Assembly (NCBI RefSeq): GCF_009834535.1
Contig: NC_045697.1
Span: 88,104,001 to 88,168,000 of the forward strand
DNA: 64,000 nucleotides
Source of the DNA: Camelus ferus
Lineage: Eukaryota
Direction: 5' to 3'
Under the pieces are notes generated by a model that was not told where the DNA came from, ran no database searches, and was given only the letters and a program-made list of their open reading frames with translations. The translations under genes were made by a program, and so were the position numbers. Within the stretch, counting starts at the first letter, position 1. Each line of letters starts with the position of its first letter. Shown here piece by piece: positions 52,620-64,000 of the stretch.

Positions 52620-53340
52620 AGTAAGCAATACATATGAGTAAAACACTGTGTGGGAGATGAGGATAAATTCTAAGGAATAAAAGTAGAGCATGAGTGTGTA
52701 CTTGTGGATGCAGTTTTACATAGGGTGACTAGGAGGCCTCGCCGGGAAGGTCACATCTGAGTTAAGGGCTGACTGATGAAATGAGAGGGTGACCTACACA
52801 GCTGCCTGGGACAACAAGGTTGCTGGCAGAAGGAACAGTGATGACAGAAGCGCCAAGGCAGGAATATATTAGCATACTAGAGGGAGAGGGAAGGCTAGTG
52901 TAGCCCGACAGACTGAGGGAGAGGGAAAGCGATAGGAGATGAGTTTGGAGAGGTAAATGGAGGAGGCAGCTGATCCATCGGCTCTAGCTGTTGTAAGGGT
53001 TTTGACTTCTGTGTGAGATGCAAGGTCATTACATGATTTGGTGTAGAGGAGGAACAGCAGCTGACCATAGTTTTAACATGATCCCTTTAGCCACTCTGTT
53101 GGGGACAGACTGAAGGAGGCCATTCCAATAATTGTCTTGAATAGGGATGGTAGTATGAAGATGGTTAAAATTGGTCAGATACTGAATATGTTTCTGAAGT
53201 AGAGCCATCCAGGTTTGCTTATGGATTAAATATGGATTGCAAAATAAAGTGAAGAATCAAGGATAACTCCAAGGATCTTGACCTGAGCAATGACAAGAAC
53301 AGAGTTGCCACATTCTGAGATGGGAAACGGGAGAGGACTG
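52620..53340 (-). mobile_element. L2a-like fragment
   Basis: ggcagaaggaacag..., ggagatgagtttggagaggta, tcaaggataactccaagg..gacctgagcaa..gagttgcca..tgagatggg. Confidence 0.75.
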
Positions 53341-54068
53341 TTTTAAGGAGTGATCAATCTCTGTTTTGATCATTACAAACTGATTATTGAACATTAATAT
53401 CCACCCACCTCCTCCTGAGTTCTCACTATTAACTTCAGAAGGCAGACATTCTGATGAATTCTAGTGAGAAGCCTGGGGTCAGTCAACTGGAGAATCCCCA
53501 AAGCAATAAGACCAGGCTTTCCACTTTCACTGTGTGAATAACAGTGTCAAAAACAGTAGCTGTTCTTCTCTCAGACAACGATCAGCAACAGATGAGTTGT
53601 TTTTACCTATTAATGCCAAAGACAACTCATAACCCTTTCCCACTGAATAGAAGACATTAATAAGATGAGAAGCTTTTGGCAGCAGAACAATATGATGTTC
53701 AAGGACATCATATCTTCCACAGTTCTTACAGGGCACACGTCTGGGTAGTAACAAATGAAAATCAAATAGCAAGAGCAAGAAAGATATGTGCATAATACCC
53801 GTCCACCTGAACTTTGAGGATATCTGAAGACAGTGAATTAACTGCAAGAGATAGCAACTACGAAGTAAGGAAGTCTCATATAGACTGCCAAGGACAAGTG
53901 AGGTGTAGGGCAAACAGAGACAGACACAGTAGGCGGGAGAGACACAGAATTGAAGTGAGGAAAGGAGAGGCTTTGGCTTTAGTCAAGGACCTATCCACAA
54001 GTGACCTGTGTATTTTATCAGTTCCCAAGTATAAAGGAATCAGTTGTAAATATTAGAAATACAGACAG

Positions 54069-54072
<4 letters not shown>

Positions 54073-54101
<29 letters not shown>
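54073..54101. repeat. (GT)n microsatellite
   Basis: Perfect GT run. Confidence 0.95.
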
Positions 54102-57100
54102 CACGTGCATATACTGTGTATCACTGGTTCTTTGCCACGTCTAATATTGCTAGAAATTCCATTCCTACAACCTCTATGTATTTCAAGCATGTCCCCAGGG
54201 ATGTTTCACTGAAATACAAGTCTTTTCATCTGATTCATAGCACAGACATGTTTTTCTGCCCTCCAGATGTGGCCACTCTCTGCTGGGTTACAGGGTGTCT
54301 TCCAGACTCTGCTTTCTCTTGTGCCGGGCACCCCCACTAACCCTGCTTGCCACTTCCACCTCTGCCGGGCAGAACAGCCCTCCTTATGGCTATTACCACG
54401 GGCACTGTTCAGGCTCTTCAGCAAATGCCACTGCCATTCCTGTTGGGAGGCTTTGGAAAAAGTGACATGCTATTATTTCCACTGCATCTAAAGTGTTGTT
54501 TTCAAGGAGGAAGACAAGACTGTTCCAGAATGTCTATGTGATAAAGTCGTACCACATTCTATGTACGAGTGCAGAGAATGCCTGTCTTGCTGCCATCTCA
54601 CTCAAAGAATTAAATGTCGCAATTAATAAAATAATATTTGATTTAGTTCACTTTAACTTAAATAATATGCACATGCCGTAAAAATAAATCAAGAGGGAGA
54701 CATCATATTATAAAATTAATCACTTTCAAATGGGGTGTTGAAAAAAATTTTTTTAATGCTAGGAATTACTAGATAATATGATAATGTTATATTATTTCCC
54801 ATGCTATTCCTGACATCATAAAACACTAAAACAAAGTTTATAGTCAGGTCACAAGCTTTTAATCAATTCAGGTCACGTTTCAGAGTGCCACTGTGAGCTG
54901 TCTGCACCAGCTGTTTTGCAGCTGCAGTGAATTTGACATGTTCTGAAATCACCGTGGAGTGCTCCAGATCCTTTGGAAATTCAGAGCAAAGCCTGCGGAA
55001 TAAAAATTGTAGCCTGCCACGCTGGACAAAATCAGGGAAGACATGTTTTAGAGAGTATGTATGTGCAAGTCTTTTAAAGAATTCCAAATATGAGTAGCTG
55101 TAGTCTTTAGAAAGTTTAATTACGTACATGTATATGTCATATACATGCTAGCAATACCGTTTTAAACAATTTATTGCAAAAAATTTTCAACATAGAGAAA
55201 AATTCAAATAATTTTACAGTGAATACCTGTGTTTACCATCTGCTACTAATATTTTGCCATCCTCTCTTTGTCAAGTATCTGTCCAACTATTCCTCCTTCT
55301 ATCAATCCATCAATGTATCTCATTTTCTATGTGTTTTGAATCTTTCTTAAGTACCTAATATGGAAGTACAAAATTTAAGAGGGCCAGATGTAATCTTTTA
55401 GAATATAACTGTTAGTTCCTAATATGAGAATTATGGATTTTTAATACTGGATTCTTAACCTTCATTGTAGCCACCTTATTATTTAGTGATAGGAATTAAG
55501 GCATGCTTATTTTAAAGAGTTTAAGTAAGAGTACCCAACTAATTAGTAACTTAACCAAGATTAGAATTCTTACTCTGTATTTTACATAAACATTTGCCTG
55601 GGTAGTAAGAGAAAATTCTAAGGTGCTAGTAAGATGAAGAGAATCATGGAAGTGTGCTCTTTGTTAGAAAACTGAAGTGGCTAAGTTAATAGACTGATGC
55701 ATGGCTGAACTGGCAGTGAGGTTTCAGAAGGAACCAGAGTTAAATGAGTTAGGAGCTGAACGTCTATGAAAGTCCTCCCACTGTGTAATCAAAAGAAAAA
55801 AAAATCTGCTAGAAAAGCCCTAATGCTAGCAGAAATCTTGTATGTGTGCCCAGTTTCTAAAATTACAGAATGTCAAGGGGATGAAGTATCTAAGGCTGAG
55901 TATCGGAAGAAGGGAATTCGAGTGGGAGACAAAGCGCATCTGCTGCTTAAATCCAGTTTGACAAACTCACAGATTGTCCCAATCAGCACAGTTTAGCGAG
56001 CATGGGAAGAAGATACACTGTAGTTTACACACTCTTGAATAAGAGGTCCATTGCTAGAGGGGTGCTTAAAATTAACTTCCATGTTGCTCACAATAATTTA
56101 CATTGTTTCCAGGCATATGCTTAGATAAGAGTTGCAACTCTGTTCAGAAAATGAATGTGTCACCATTTAATCTCTTTGTCGCTTTTATGTTTCCATGTTT
56201 CGACACAAGCTTTTAAAGCAAATTGAAAATCAATGGGTGAATGAATTTCAGAGAATTGTTAAAATTTAGAGAATACAAAATTCATTACATTTTGACTCAT
56301 ATTTGAAAGTTGGTAAAGCAGAAAATGCAGGATTTTCTCTTTTCTTCTTTCTATGACATCCTCTAAAAACCCGTCTTCTCCAGGACTGCTTCCTCAGACT
56401 CCAGCTGAATGACTGAAGTATTTTCCCTGAGACCATAGTTTTAGTGATTTATAGTGCTTAAGAACTTATGGGAAATGTTTAAAGTTTAGCTTCCTGAGCC
56501 TTAGTGTAAAAGAGACCAGTCTCCTGTGTTTTAAATAAACCTTCCAGATAATTCTTTAGGTAACCAATATTTGAGAACTACTGGTATAAGTAATTCTACA
56601 TTATAATTTAAAAAATCTGGCTTCTAGTTTTGGTTCTATAGTGGCTATCTATATTTTGAGTGACCCTACAAAAGTCCCTTACCTCTAGAATTTATTCCCT
56701 GTGATGCAGTAGATGCCAGACCTACCCAGGAAGATAAAACAGAATTTATTTTTCTCTTATGGAGCTCTCCTCTGAACTACAAACAATACAATAATAAAGA
56801 TCTTGTAGGACTTTTGCAAGATTTAAAGTAATGTATTTAGAAACCTAATGTAATATCTAAGTTGTGCTCAATAAATAATGGTTATTATTATAATTTAAAA
56901 ATTATTAATACTATTAAGAAACAGGCACTAAACTCATCTGTTACTTAAGAGTAGCCCTATGAAGTGCTAATTTGATTAAAGTATGTCTGAACAGCAGGGT
57001 CATCCTCTCTTAAATGCTCCACTGATCTTAGTTTTATCAGATGACTCACTCAGTCTAGGGTACCGAAAATGAGGGGACATGTGGTCTACTTAGGGAAAGC

Positions 57101-57448
57101 AAAAGGGTAACCAAGAAAATGTTCGGGGGAGAGCACACAGGAAATGAATGCATTTAGCCTCAAAAAGATAAGGTAAAGGGGGTATAGATCTCTGACTCTC
57201 AATTTCCTCATCTTCAAAGTTGAACTAATGATTCCTATTCTCAGGTTCATGAATCAAAAACAATTGTAACCAAATTCTGCCATGTGCTAGTTGTACAGAT
57301 TTGGCTCAAATCAGTTAACTTTCTAAGCTTTAATTTCTTAATCTGTAAAATATAAAACATACTGGGAAATACCTTATAGACTGTGAGACTTCTTGGTGTG
57401 TGATGCAAGCTTAGTAATTGGTGAATATTTGCTAGTGCCGTGGACTCA

Positions 57449-57922
57449 TCTGTTAGTTTCCTAGGACTGCTGTAACAAAGTATCACCAGCTGGGTACCTT
57501 AAAACAACAGAAATGTATTTATTATCTCATAGTTCTGGAAACGAGGTGTTCAAAATCAAGATGTCAGCAGGGCCATTTTCCTTCTAAAACTCGCAGGGGA
57601 ATTCTTCCTTGCCTCTTCCTGGCCTCCGGTAGCTTGCTGGCAATCCTTGACGTTCCTCGTCTTGCAGCTGCCCAACCAGTGCCTGCTTTTCCTATCACAT
57701 AGCATCCTCCCTATATGTCTCTGTCTTCACATGGCCATCATCTTCTTGTAAGGACATCAGCCATGCTGGATTAAACGTCCACCTTACCATCCAGTCTGTC
57801 TTCATAGTAACTGATTACATCTACAACTAGTCTAAGGTCACTTTCTTAGGTACTGGAAGTTAGGGCTTCAACAAATCTTTTTTGTTGTTGCTATTGAAGG
57901 GAACACATTTCAATCCATAACA
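57449..57922 (-). mobile_element. MLT1B/C-like MaLR solo LTR
   Basis: gttagtttcctaggactgctgtaacaaagtatcac...ctcatagttctgga...tcttcacatggcc...caatccataaca. Confidence 0.85.
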
Positions 57923-59887
57923 ATGAATCACTGTCTACTTAGCCAGGGTTACAATGAGCATTATGTGAGATGAGACATGAGAGCCCTCCATACCCCAAAA
58001 TATAAATGTTCTATACAGTTGTTTTCATAAAACCTTCACAAAGATGAAGAGAAATTCTTAGAATAACAAGGAATAGCAAGCATAAACATATTTAAACCTA
58101 ACCAAAAGTAATTTAAGTGACACTTTAGGAAAACCTGGTAGCAACGATGACTCTAAAATGACAGAATGTACTCTTTAGTCATCTTCTTTGGAAACACTGC
58201 TGCAGAATGCTGGAGTTGGGTTATGTGATTTATTCAGTGTCAGGAGATTATTTTGGTCTAGAAAGAGAGAAAGTAAGACCCTGGTACTTCAGATTGTGAA
58301 GTCCATATTTTGCCCTGCCAACTGTGTTTAATAAATAAGAAATAATATTGACGGGTATATACTAATTATTTTTTCCCATTAGGGATATAAACAAAATTTC
58401 CTTTTCACTGCAAAGGGTAAATGTTAGCACCTTACCTTTGTCTCTTCTATAAAAATGGGAAATCTGATATGAAAAACCTTGCCCACAAGTCCATGATGAG
58501 TAAATAAAAAGGTTGGAATTCAAGCCTATCATTTTGAATGAAAATGTTGTCTGTTTTTCTTCGGTTGTTCATCTGTTTTTATTTGCTGCTGTTGTTTTGT
58601 TCTGTTCAGGACATTGGTAGTACTAGATGCGAAGGTCAGTAGTAGCAACAGCAGAGGACGTGACCAGGACACTCATCGTAATTGTCCGTTGGTCAGAAAT
58701 CACCATGGGAAGATGAGACCATGCATTTGTAGTTTCCCTTCTGAAGACAAATGTTTCCCATCCATCTTTTTGTTCCTACTACATTTCCTAAATTAATATC
58801 CAATTGCCTTATGAGAAGTGGAGGTGATTCTGTGATAACAGTTTGTTCCATTGAAATGATGAGACATATAGCACCAACTGTTTAAATTGTGTGCAGCAAT
58901 CAATTATATATGACTTAGGATTTACTTGAATCCAAATACAAAGTCAATGGGATATGAGCTGAAATCAATAAACGTCAGGTGCGGATAGAGGAAACAGCAT
59001 GTCAACTTAATGCTTGTTCTACTGCTTCCCTGGGGAACACTCAAACAGATTTATGTCATAATTTTACTACAGTGGGTTGACTTACAGAAGATCTTTTCTA
59101 TACCAAGACAACAACAAAAAAAAATATGCTCACCTTGGGAAAACAAAGATTTGTCTCCAGAAGCTATTTCCAGCTGGCCTTCCCTAACCAAATCCCAGTG
59201 ATTGGACCAAAGACATGTGTTACGTGCTAAAATCTAGCAGAAATACAAACTCTCAAAGTAACATCTGCAGAGAAATTACAAGCCAACAGAAAACCATGTT
59301 CATTGTCATTGAAATGGTGAGGCTTGCGTCCTTTTGAATTTTTCTGCTTCGATGGATAGTTCTTTATTCGTAACCTCTCCAAGGCATTTTCTTTGGAATA
59401 CAAAAGGATGACTCATATTCTTTTTTTTTATTCTCATGAATTCTCTGTTAGGTGTTAAAGTCTAAAGTTCTACAATGATGCTTTATTTCCTTTTACATCC
59501 ACTTACCCAAACCTCCATTTCCAAAAGAGAGCAGCTGGAAAATTTATATACTACACATTTTTTTACATTCCTGAAGAATTGATTATGAAAACACTGATTG
59601 GATTTCTTCAGGTCAATGTGATATATTTGACTATATGATTCAAGTAATTATGCTTGGCTAAAATGTCAAAGATTAAAAGATGTAACCCAGGAAGCCTTAG
59701 TTTAGAAGAATTGTCCAGTCCTGTGGACCTAGTTGACTGCCTTGTCTTTAGATGGGCTTCACCAGAGTTATTCCATTTGACTTGCTTCAGTTTATTTAAC
59801 AAGTGTGGACTTTGTGCTTACTAGGTACCAGGAGCTATGAGGACTACAAAGGAAGTAGAAGTCATGGTCTCAGTCTTAATAAGCTTA

Positions 59888-60536
59888 ATTTTAAAAATTG
59901 AAGTATAGTTGATTTAGTATAGTTGTGTTAGTTTCAGATGTACAGCAAAGTGATCCAGTTGTGTGTATATGTATTTATGTATGTATGTGTGTGTGTGTGT
60001 GGTGTGTGTGTATCACATTCTTTCTATTAGGAGTTACTATAAGATATTGAATATAGTTCCCTGTGCTATACAGTAGGTCCTTGTTATTTCTCTAGTTTAC
60101 ATATAGTCATGTGTATCTGTTAATCCCAAACTCCTAATTTATCCCTTCCCTTTCTTTCCCTTGTGGTAATTATAAGTTTGTTTTCTATGTCTGTGAGCCT
60201 ATTTCTGTTTTGTAAATAAGTTCATTTGTATCATTTCCTTAGATTCCACATATGAGTGATATCACATGATACTTGTTTTTTTCTGCCTAACTTACTTCAC
60301 TTAGTATAATAATTTCTAAATATGATAGGTCCATCCATGTTTCTGCTAATGGAATTTTTTCATTCCTATATCTATATCTATCTGCCTATCTATCTATCTG
60401 TCTATCTATATCATATCTTTTTTATCCATTCATCTGTCAATGAACATTTAGGTTGTTTCCACATCCTGACTATTTTAAATAGTGCTATTATGAACATTGA
60501 GGTGCATGTATCTTTTAGAATTAGAGTTTTTGTCTA
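59888..60536 (-). mobile_element. Artiodactyl-type L1 3' end with internal (TG)n and (TCTA)n
   Basis: attgaagtatagttgattt...gatattgaatatagttccctgtgctatacagtaggtcc...agattccacatatgagtgatatca; same family as 10786-11545. Confidence 0.9.
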
Positions 60537-61554
60537 GGAAACTTAAAGTTTTATAATGGATATTTTCTTTTTAGTCAAGATGTGTAAATATCTTGAAATA
60601 AACAAAAAACAATTTAAACTCTTATGAATATCAAACCTCAATGATGAAATGCCAAATGCATGATATAGAAAATAAATGCAAAAGAAGACTGATATTCCTT
60701 AGTTCTAATCCAAAACTTCAGTGGTTTGAGTCCGTTTTTATGTTCTCAAACAAGATGTGAAACATATTCTATATAATTCATTAGTTATCTTTACTCAGAA
60801 TGCTTCTTTTGCTAAATATTTGGTTTATAAACTTATTTGGGAAAAAGAAATCTTCAATGTTGAGCAAGACAAAAGACGTTTTAGCACTACACTGAAAAAC
60901 AAAAAAGATTTTTGTCTCCACTTCATACCTGTATATAGTTTATAAGAGAGAAAGGAAGAACACAGACAGGTTTAAATGAATCTTCTTGAATCTGTAATAT
61001 TTATTGTTTTAAGGCTTTCTTCTGGGTTTTCACTTTTCATTGCAAAGGACAAACCCAAGATATAAGCTATCTATTTCTTCTAGCCACATCTTATAATGCT
61101 AGTAATTAAGTCTGATTCCTGATAGAAGGGAATTGCTAGAGGTTGATTTGAGAGGTGGCAGGGAAGCAAATTAGTCTCTGGCTGTTTTTCTCATGAAGAC
61201 TCATATTTCCTTTCAAAACTATCTACAAACTTTAGACATTTGTTTAGCTTCACCATCCTCAGTGTTCTGTTTTATTCAGTCTCACTTAAGTCCAAAGTCA
61301 ACCTCTTCTATTGTGCTTGGTTCTTGTCAGATAAGAATGACAAGTAAGGAAAGGTTTAATCTCTAGACTTCAAATCTCCTTTTTCCATAAACACATACAC
61401 ACATCACTTATATCCCAAGGGATGATTTTAGTACTTAATTCTTCAATTTCCCTCTTATATCACTCCTGAAACCTTCCCTAAGGAAAAGAGCTGATAAATT
61501 TACTTCCAATAATATATTATTGACTGAAAAATCCAAATTCCTACTATTCAATCA

Positions 61555-61678
61555 TTAGATTTGAATGATGCTTCTTAGAACGGGGACCTTGTCTGTTTTA
61601 CTCACTGCTACATCTTCAGTGTCTAGGGCAATGGCTGGTGTATAATATATGCTCAATAAATGTTTGTTGAATGAATGT
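61555..61678 (+). mobile_element. L2 3' end
   Basis: gggaccttgtctgttttactcactgct...gctcaataaatgtttgttgaatgaatg. Confidence 0.8.
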
Positions 61679-61749
61679 ATGCATTGAAGAGAAAGTCTTC
61701 AGCCAAAGGGACTGAACAACTGCAGACATCAGGGAAAAATGTCTAATTT

Positions 61750-63300
61750 CTTTCTTTTTGTTGTCCCTGAAATACCTCTCCCAAAGCTGCTTCCAGTTTT
61801 ACACAGGGCCACACACACACATAGTGTCCTTCCCTACCAGCTGCCTACCCCTCCTTCCCCTTCCTGACAGTAAAGAGTAGAAATCTTAACCTCTACCCTG
61901 AATCTATACGCAAACATCAGAAAACCCTCCGGGAATACTAGAAATGCCTGTTAGGTGAGTCTTGGCGAAGACTGAATTGCTAATCCTCTGAGTTCTGCAG
62001 CCCCACCAAGCCTTGCAACTGCTGAGGGCAGCACAGAAGAAACCCCTGTGGGGCATGTGACGTTGTTACAGGAAAAGCATCTCTGTGGCCCTCTTAGGAG
62101 TACCTATCAGGGTCTTCAAAGTACTTAATTAAGGGCAATGCAAAGGGACCACACTGAGGCAGAGAATGAGGGATTTAAGTGTGTTTTTTGTGCCACTGGT
62201 TCTTGACTCCTGAATCAAAATAGCCCAAGGTTAGGAGGTATCAAGAAATCTCTCGGTGTTAATCCAAACAGGCCGTTTGAGAGGAACCATTGCCATTGTG
62301 AATAAGTAGCAGCAAACAGTCACAGGACAGGAGGGCCCTCACAAGCTCACAAAGCAGTCCTTTATTTTCCTACTGCTTTCTGGGACTGAATCCCCCTTCC
62401 TGCACCACCGCGGGACCTCCAGGAAACAGAGATACTAACATTAAAGTTCAGATGTTTTCTGGCTCAGATTACAGTCATGAAAGCCAAGTTTTCTTTTTCA
62501 TAACAAATTCTAATCTTGAGTGTCTATTCATCTTAATACACACACACACACACACACACACACATTAGTGAGCCTGTAGAGTTAAGCCTTCTGTCCAAGC
62601 AAGCTTTCAGTCGGTCACTGACACTCCTCACCCCCATCCTCTCTGTTGGCTGAGAATTGACAGCAGGAGCTCTTAAATGAAACCAGTTCACACACACAGT
62701 GGAAAGCCTTGAAGTCCCTGAGTGTCTATGTCCGCTTTTGTCAGGGGGAACACAGTGTGTTTGTAAACACGTGGCATGAAAAGAAGGTCCCGGCCAGGAC
62801 AGCAAGCCCATGGCCACTGATTTCCCGTTTGTCTCTGACGGTATGTTACCCCAGCGACTGATGGAGGAAACACTCTCTGAGAGAACAACCAGCACTCCTT
62901 TTCCTATTTATAAGTTCTGCGTTTGGCAAGTAAGATAAAATTTTAAAACCTTCTAAATGTTCTTAATAGAAATTTTGTATGCCCCTGTTCTTGTCTTCAT
63001 TCACTTCCCTCCTTCCTTCTCTCTCTAGAAAGGAGGGAAAAAGAGATAGTGATGGAGAGGGAGAAGGAGTTGGGGGTGAGGGGGGAGAGCTGGTGGGGAA
63101 GAGAGAGAATTCTTGGAATTCTTCTTCCATATTTTGATCTGCTAAAAACTATACTGCACTGGGTTTACACAGGAGAAACTTTGGGAAAAGCTCATGCAGC
63201 ACCTGCAGAGCTTCATGAATAAGCTCCACCTCCATAGCGTAGAGTGGCCTGCTGGGTGAGTCTGTGGACCTCAGATGCCTTTTATTTGTCCTAGAGACAG
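61750..63300 (+). promoter_or_regulatory. Candidate promoter/enhancer with first-exon-like splice donors
   Basis: Apparently TE-free and higher GC. Motifs: GTGTTTGTAAACACGTG (FOX plus E-box) 62757-62773, CTATTTATAA (MEF2/TATA-like) 62904-62913, TGACGT 62058-62063. GA-rich tract. Donors ACG|gtatgt (62840), CAA|gtaaga (62929), TGG|gtgagt (63255). Confidence 0.4.
62537..62564. repeat. (CA)n microsatellite
   Basis: Perfect CA run. Confidence 0.95.
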
Positions 63301-63644
63301 ATAGAAATGAATTGGCACATGCTGCATAGGAAGTACTGTTGGACATGTACGTTATTTTACCCTCTTTGAAGTAGGGTTGAACCCACACAGAAACAGAAAA
63401 TGAAGAGTTGAGGTGAAGTAACTTCTTGCCCTTGGTCAGACTGTCAGATTCAGGGCCTGGTCTGTTGGATTCCAAACACAGTCCCCATACTATAAAGTCT
63501 CTCCACACTGAGATGCCTAGTCCCTGAAGTAGAGCAGAAATAAGATAACAGGGACTTTAAAGAGGATATATCAAAATAAGGAAATTATCACTGAGAAAAC
63601 TGAGCATTTAACTACTTAACTGTCTTGTTCACTGCTTATAGGAT

Positions 63645-63915
63645 TTTTTTTTCATTTTTTCTTGCTTTAATTTTTATTGTGGAAAATTTAAAACATGCAG
63701 AATTAGAGACAGCAGAATAATAAACGCTATGTACCCACCTTTAACGAGGACCAGCTTATGGGCAAAATCCCATACACAGTATTATTTGTATTAGTATATA
63801 TTATAATACATTATACTCTTAGTATATATAACATTATATTATAATATTATCTGTTACGTATTATACTATATTTCAGTGTGTATCTCTGAAAGATAAGGAC
63901 TCTAAAAATATCGTT
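63645..63915 (-). mobile_element. L1MC4/5-like 3' end with TA-rich insert
   Basis: ttttattgtggaaaatttaaaacat...atgtacccac...tatttcagtgtgtatctct.aaagataaggactc. Confidence 0.7.
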
Positions 63916-64000
63916 ACAAAATTTGGGTAAATTTTAACAAGAAGCAAGAAATCTGCTCTTTTGATGAGAAGCAAGAAAAAAAAATTAGTCACAGTGTGAT

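Noticed and set aside
63149..63508. 119-aa minus-strand ORF
   Set aside because: Non-ATG start, no recognisable homology; local splice signals favour the plus strand.
1..64000. CRISPR arrays, operons or prokaryote-type defence systems
   Set aside because: The sequence is mammalian; no regularly spaced repeat-spacer array or long ORFs are seen.

Overview
AT-rich eutherian genomic DNA, most likely camelid (camel/alpaca/llama). The assignment rests on a vic-1-like tRNA-derived SINE at ~26.9-27.0 kb and artiodactyl-type L1 3' ends; I saw no Alu, B1/B2, Bov-tA, PRE1 or CAN SINEs. I could not identify any protein-coding gene. The short ORFs are random, microsatellite-derived or decayed L1 ORF1/ORF2 pieces, so the window looks intergenic or lies inside a very large intron. 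Much of it is layered transposon fossils: L1M and younger L1s, L2, MIR, MLT1/MER21/MER34/LTR16/LTR33 LTRs, and hAT elements MER63/MER33/MER5/MER117. Several carry readable target-site duplications. Repeat family names are from my recall of consensus sequences, not a database run, and boundaries of old repeats are approximate. The best observations are: (1) a SINE insertion carrying 49 bp of extra unique sequence and a second poly(A) right after the first TTTT, all inside one TSD (26785-27029), i.e. a probable Pol III read-through 3' transduction; (2) a 44-bp piece of an old LTR copied 1.8 kb downstream (46013-46056 vs 47797-47840); (3) a repeat-poor, promoter/first-exon-like block at 61.75-63.3 kb; (4) a few well-formed candidate non-coding exons. 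I see no evidence of a novel multi-gene system.
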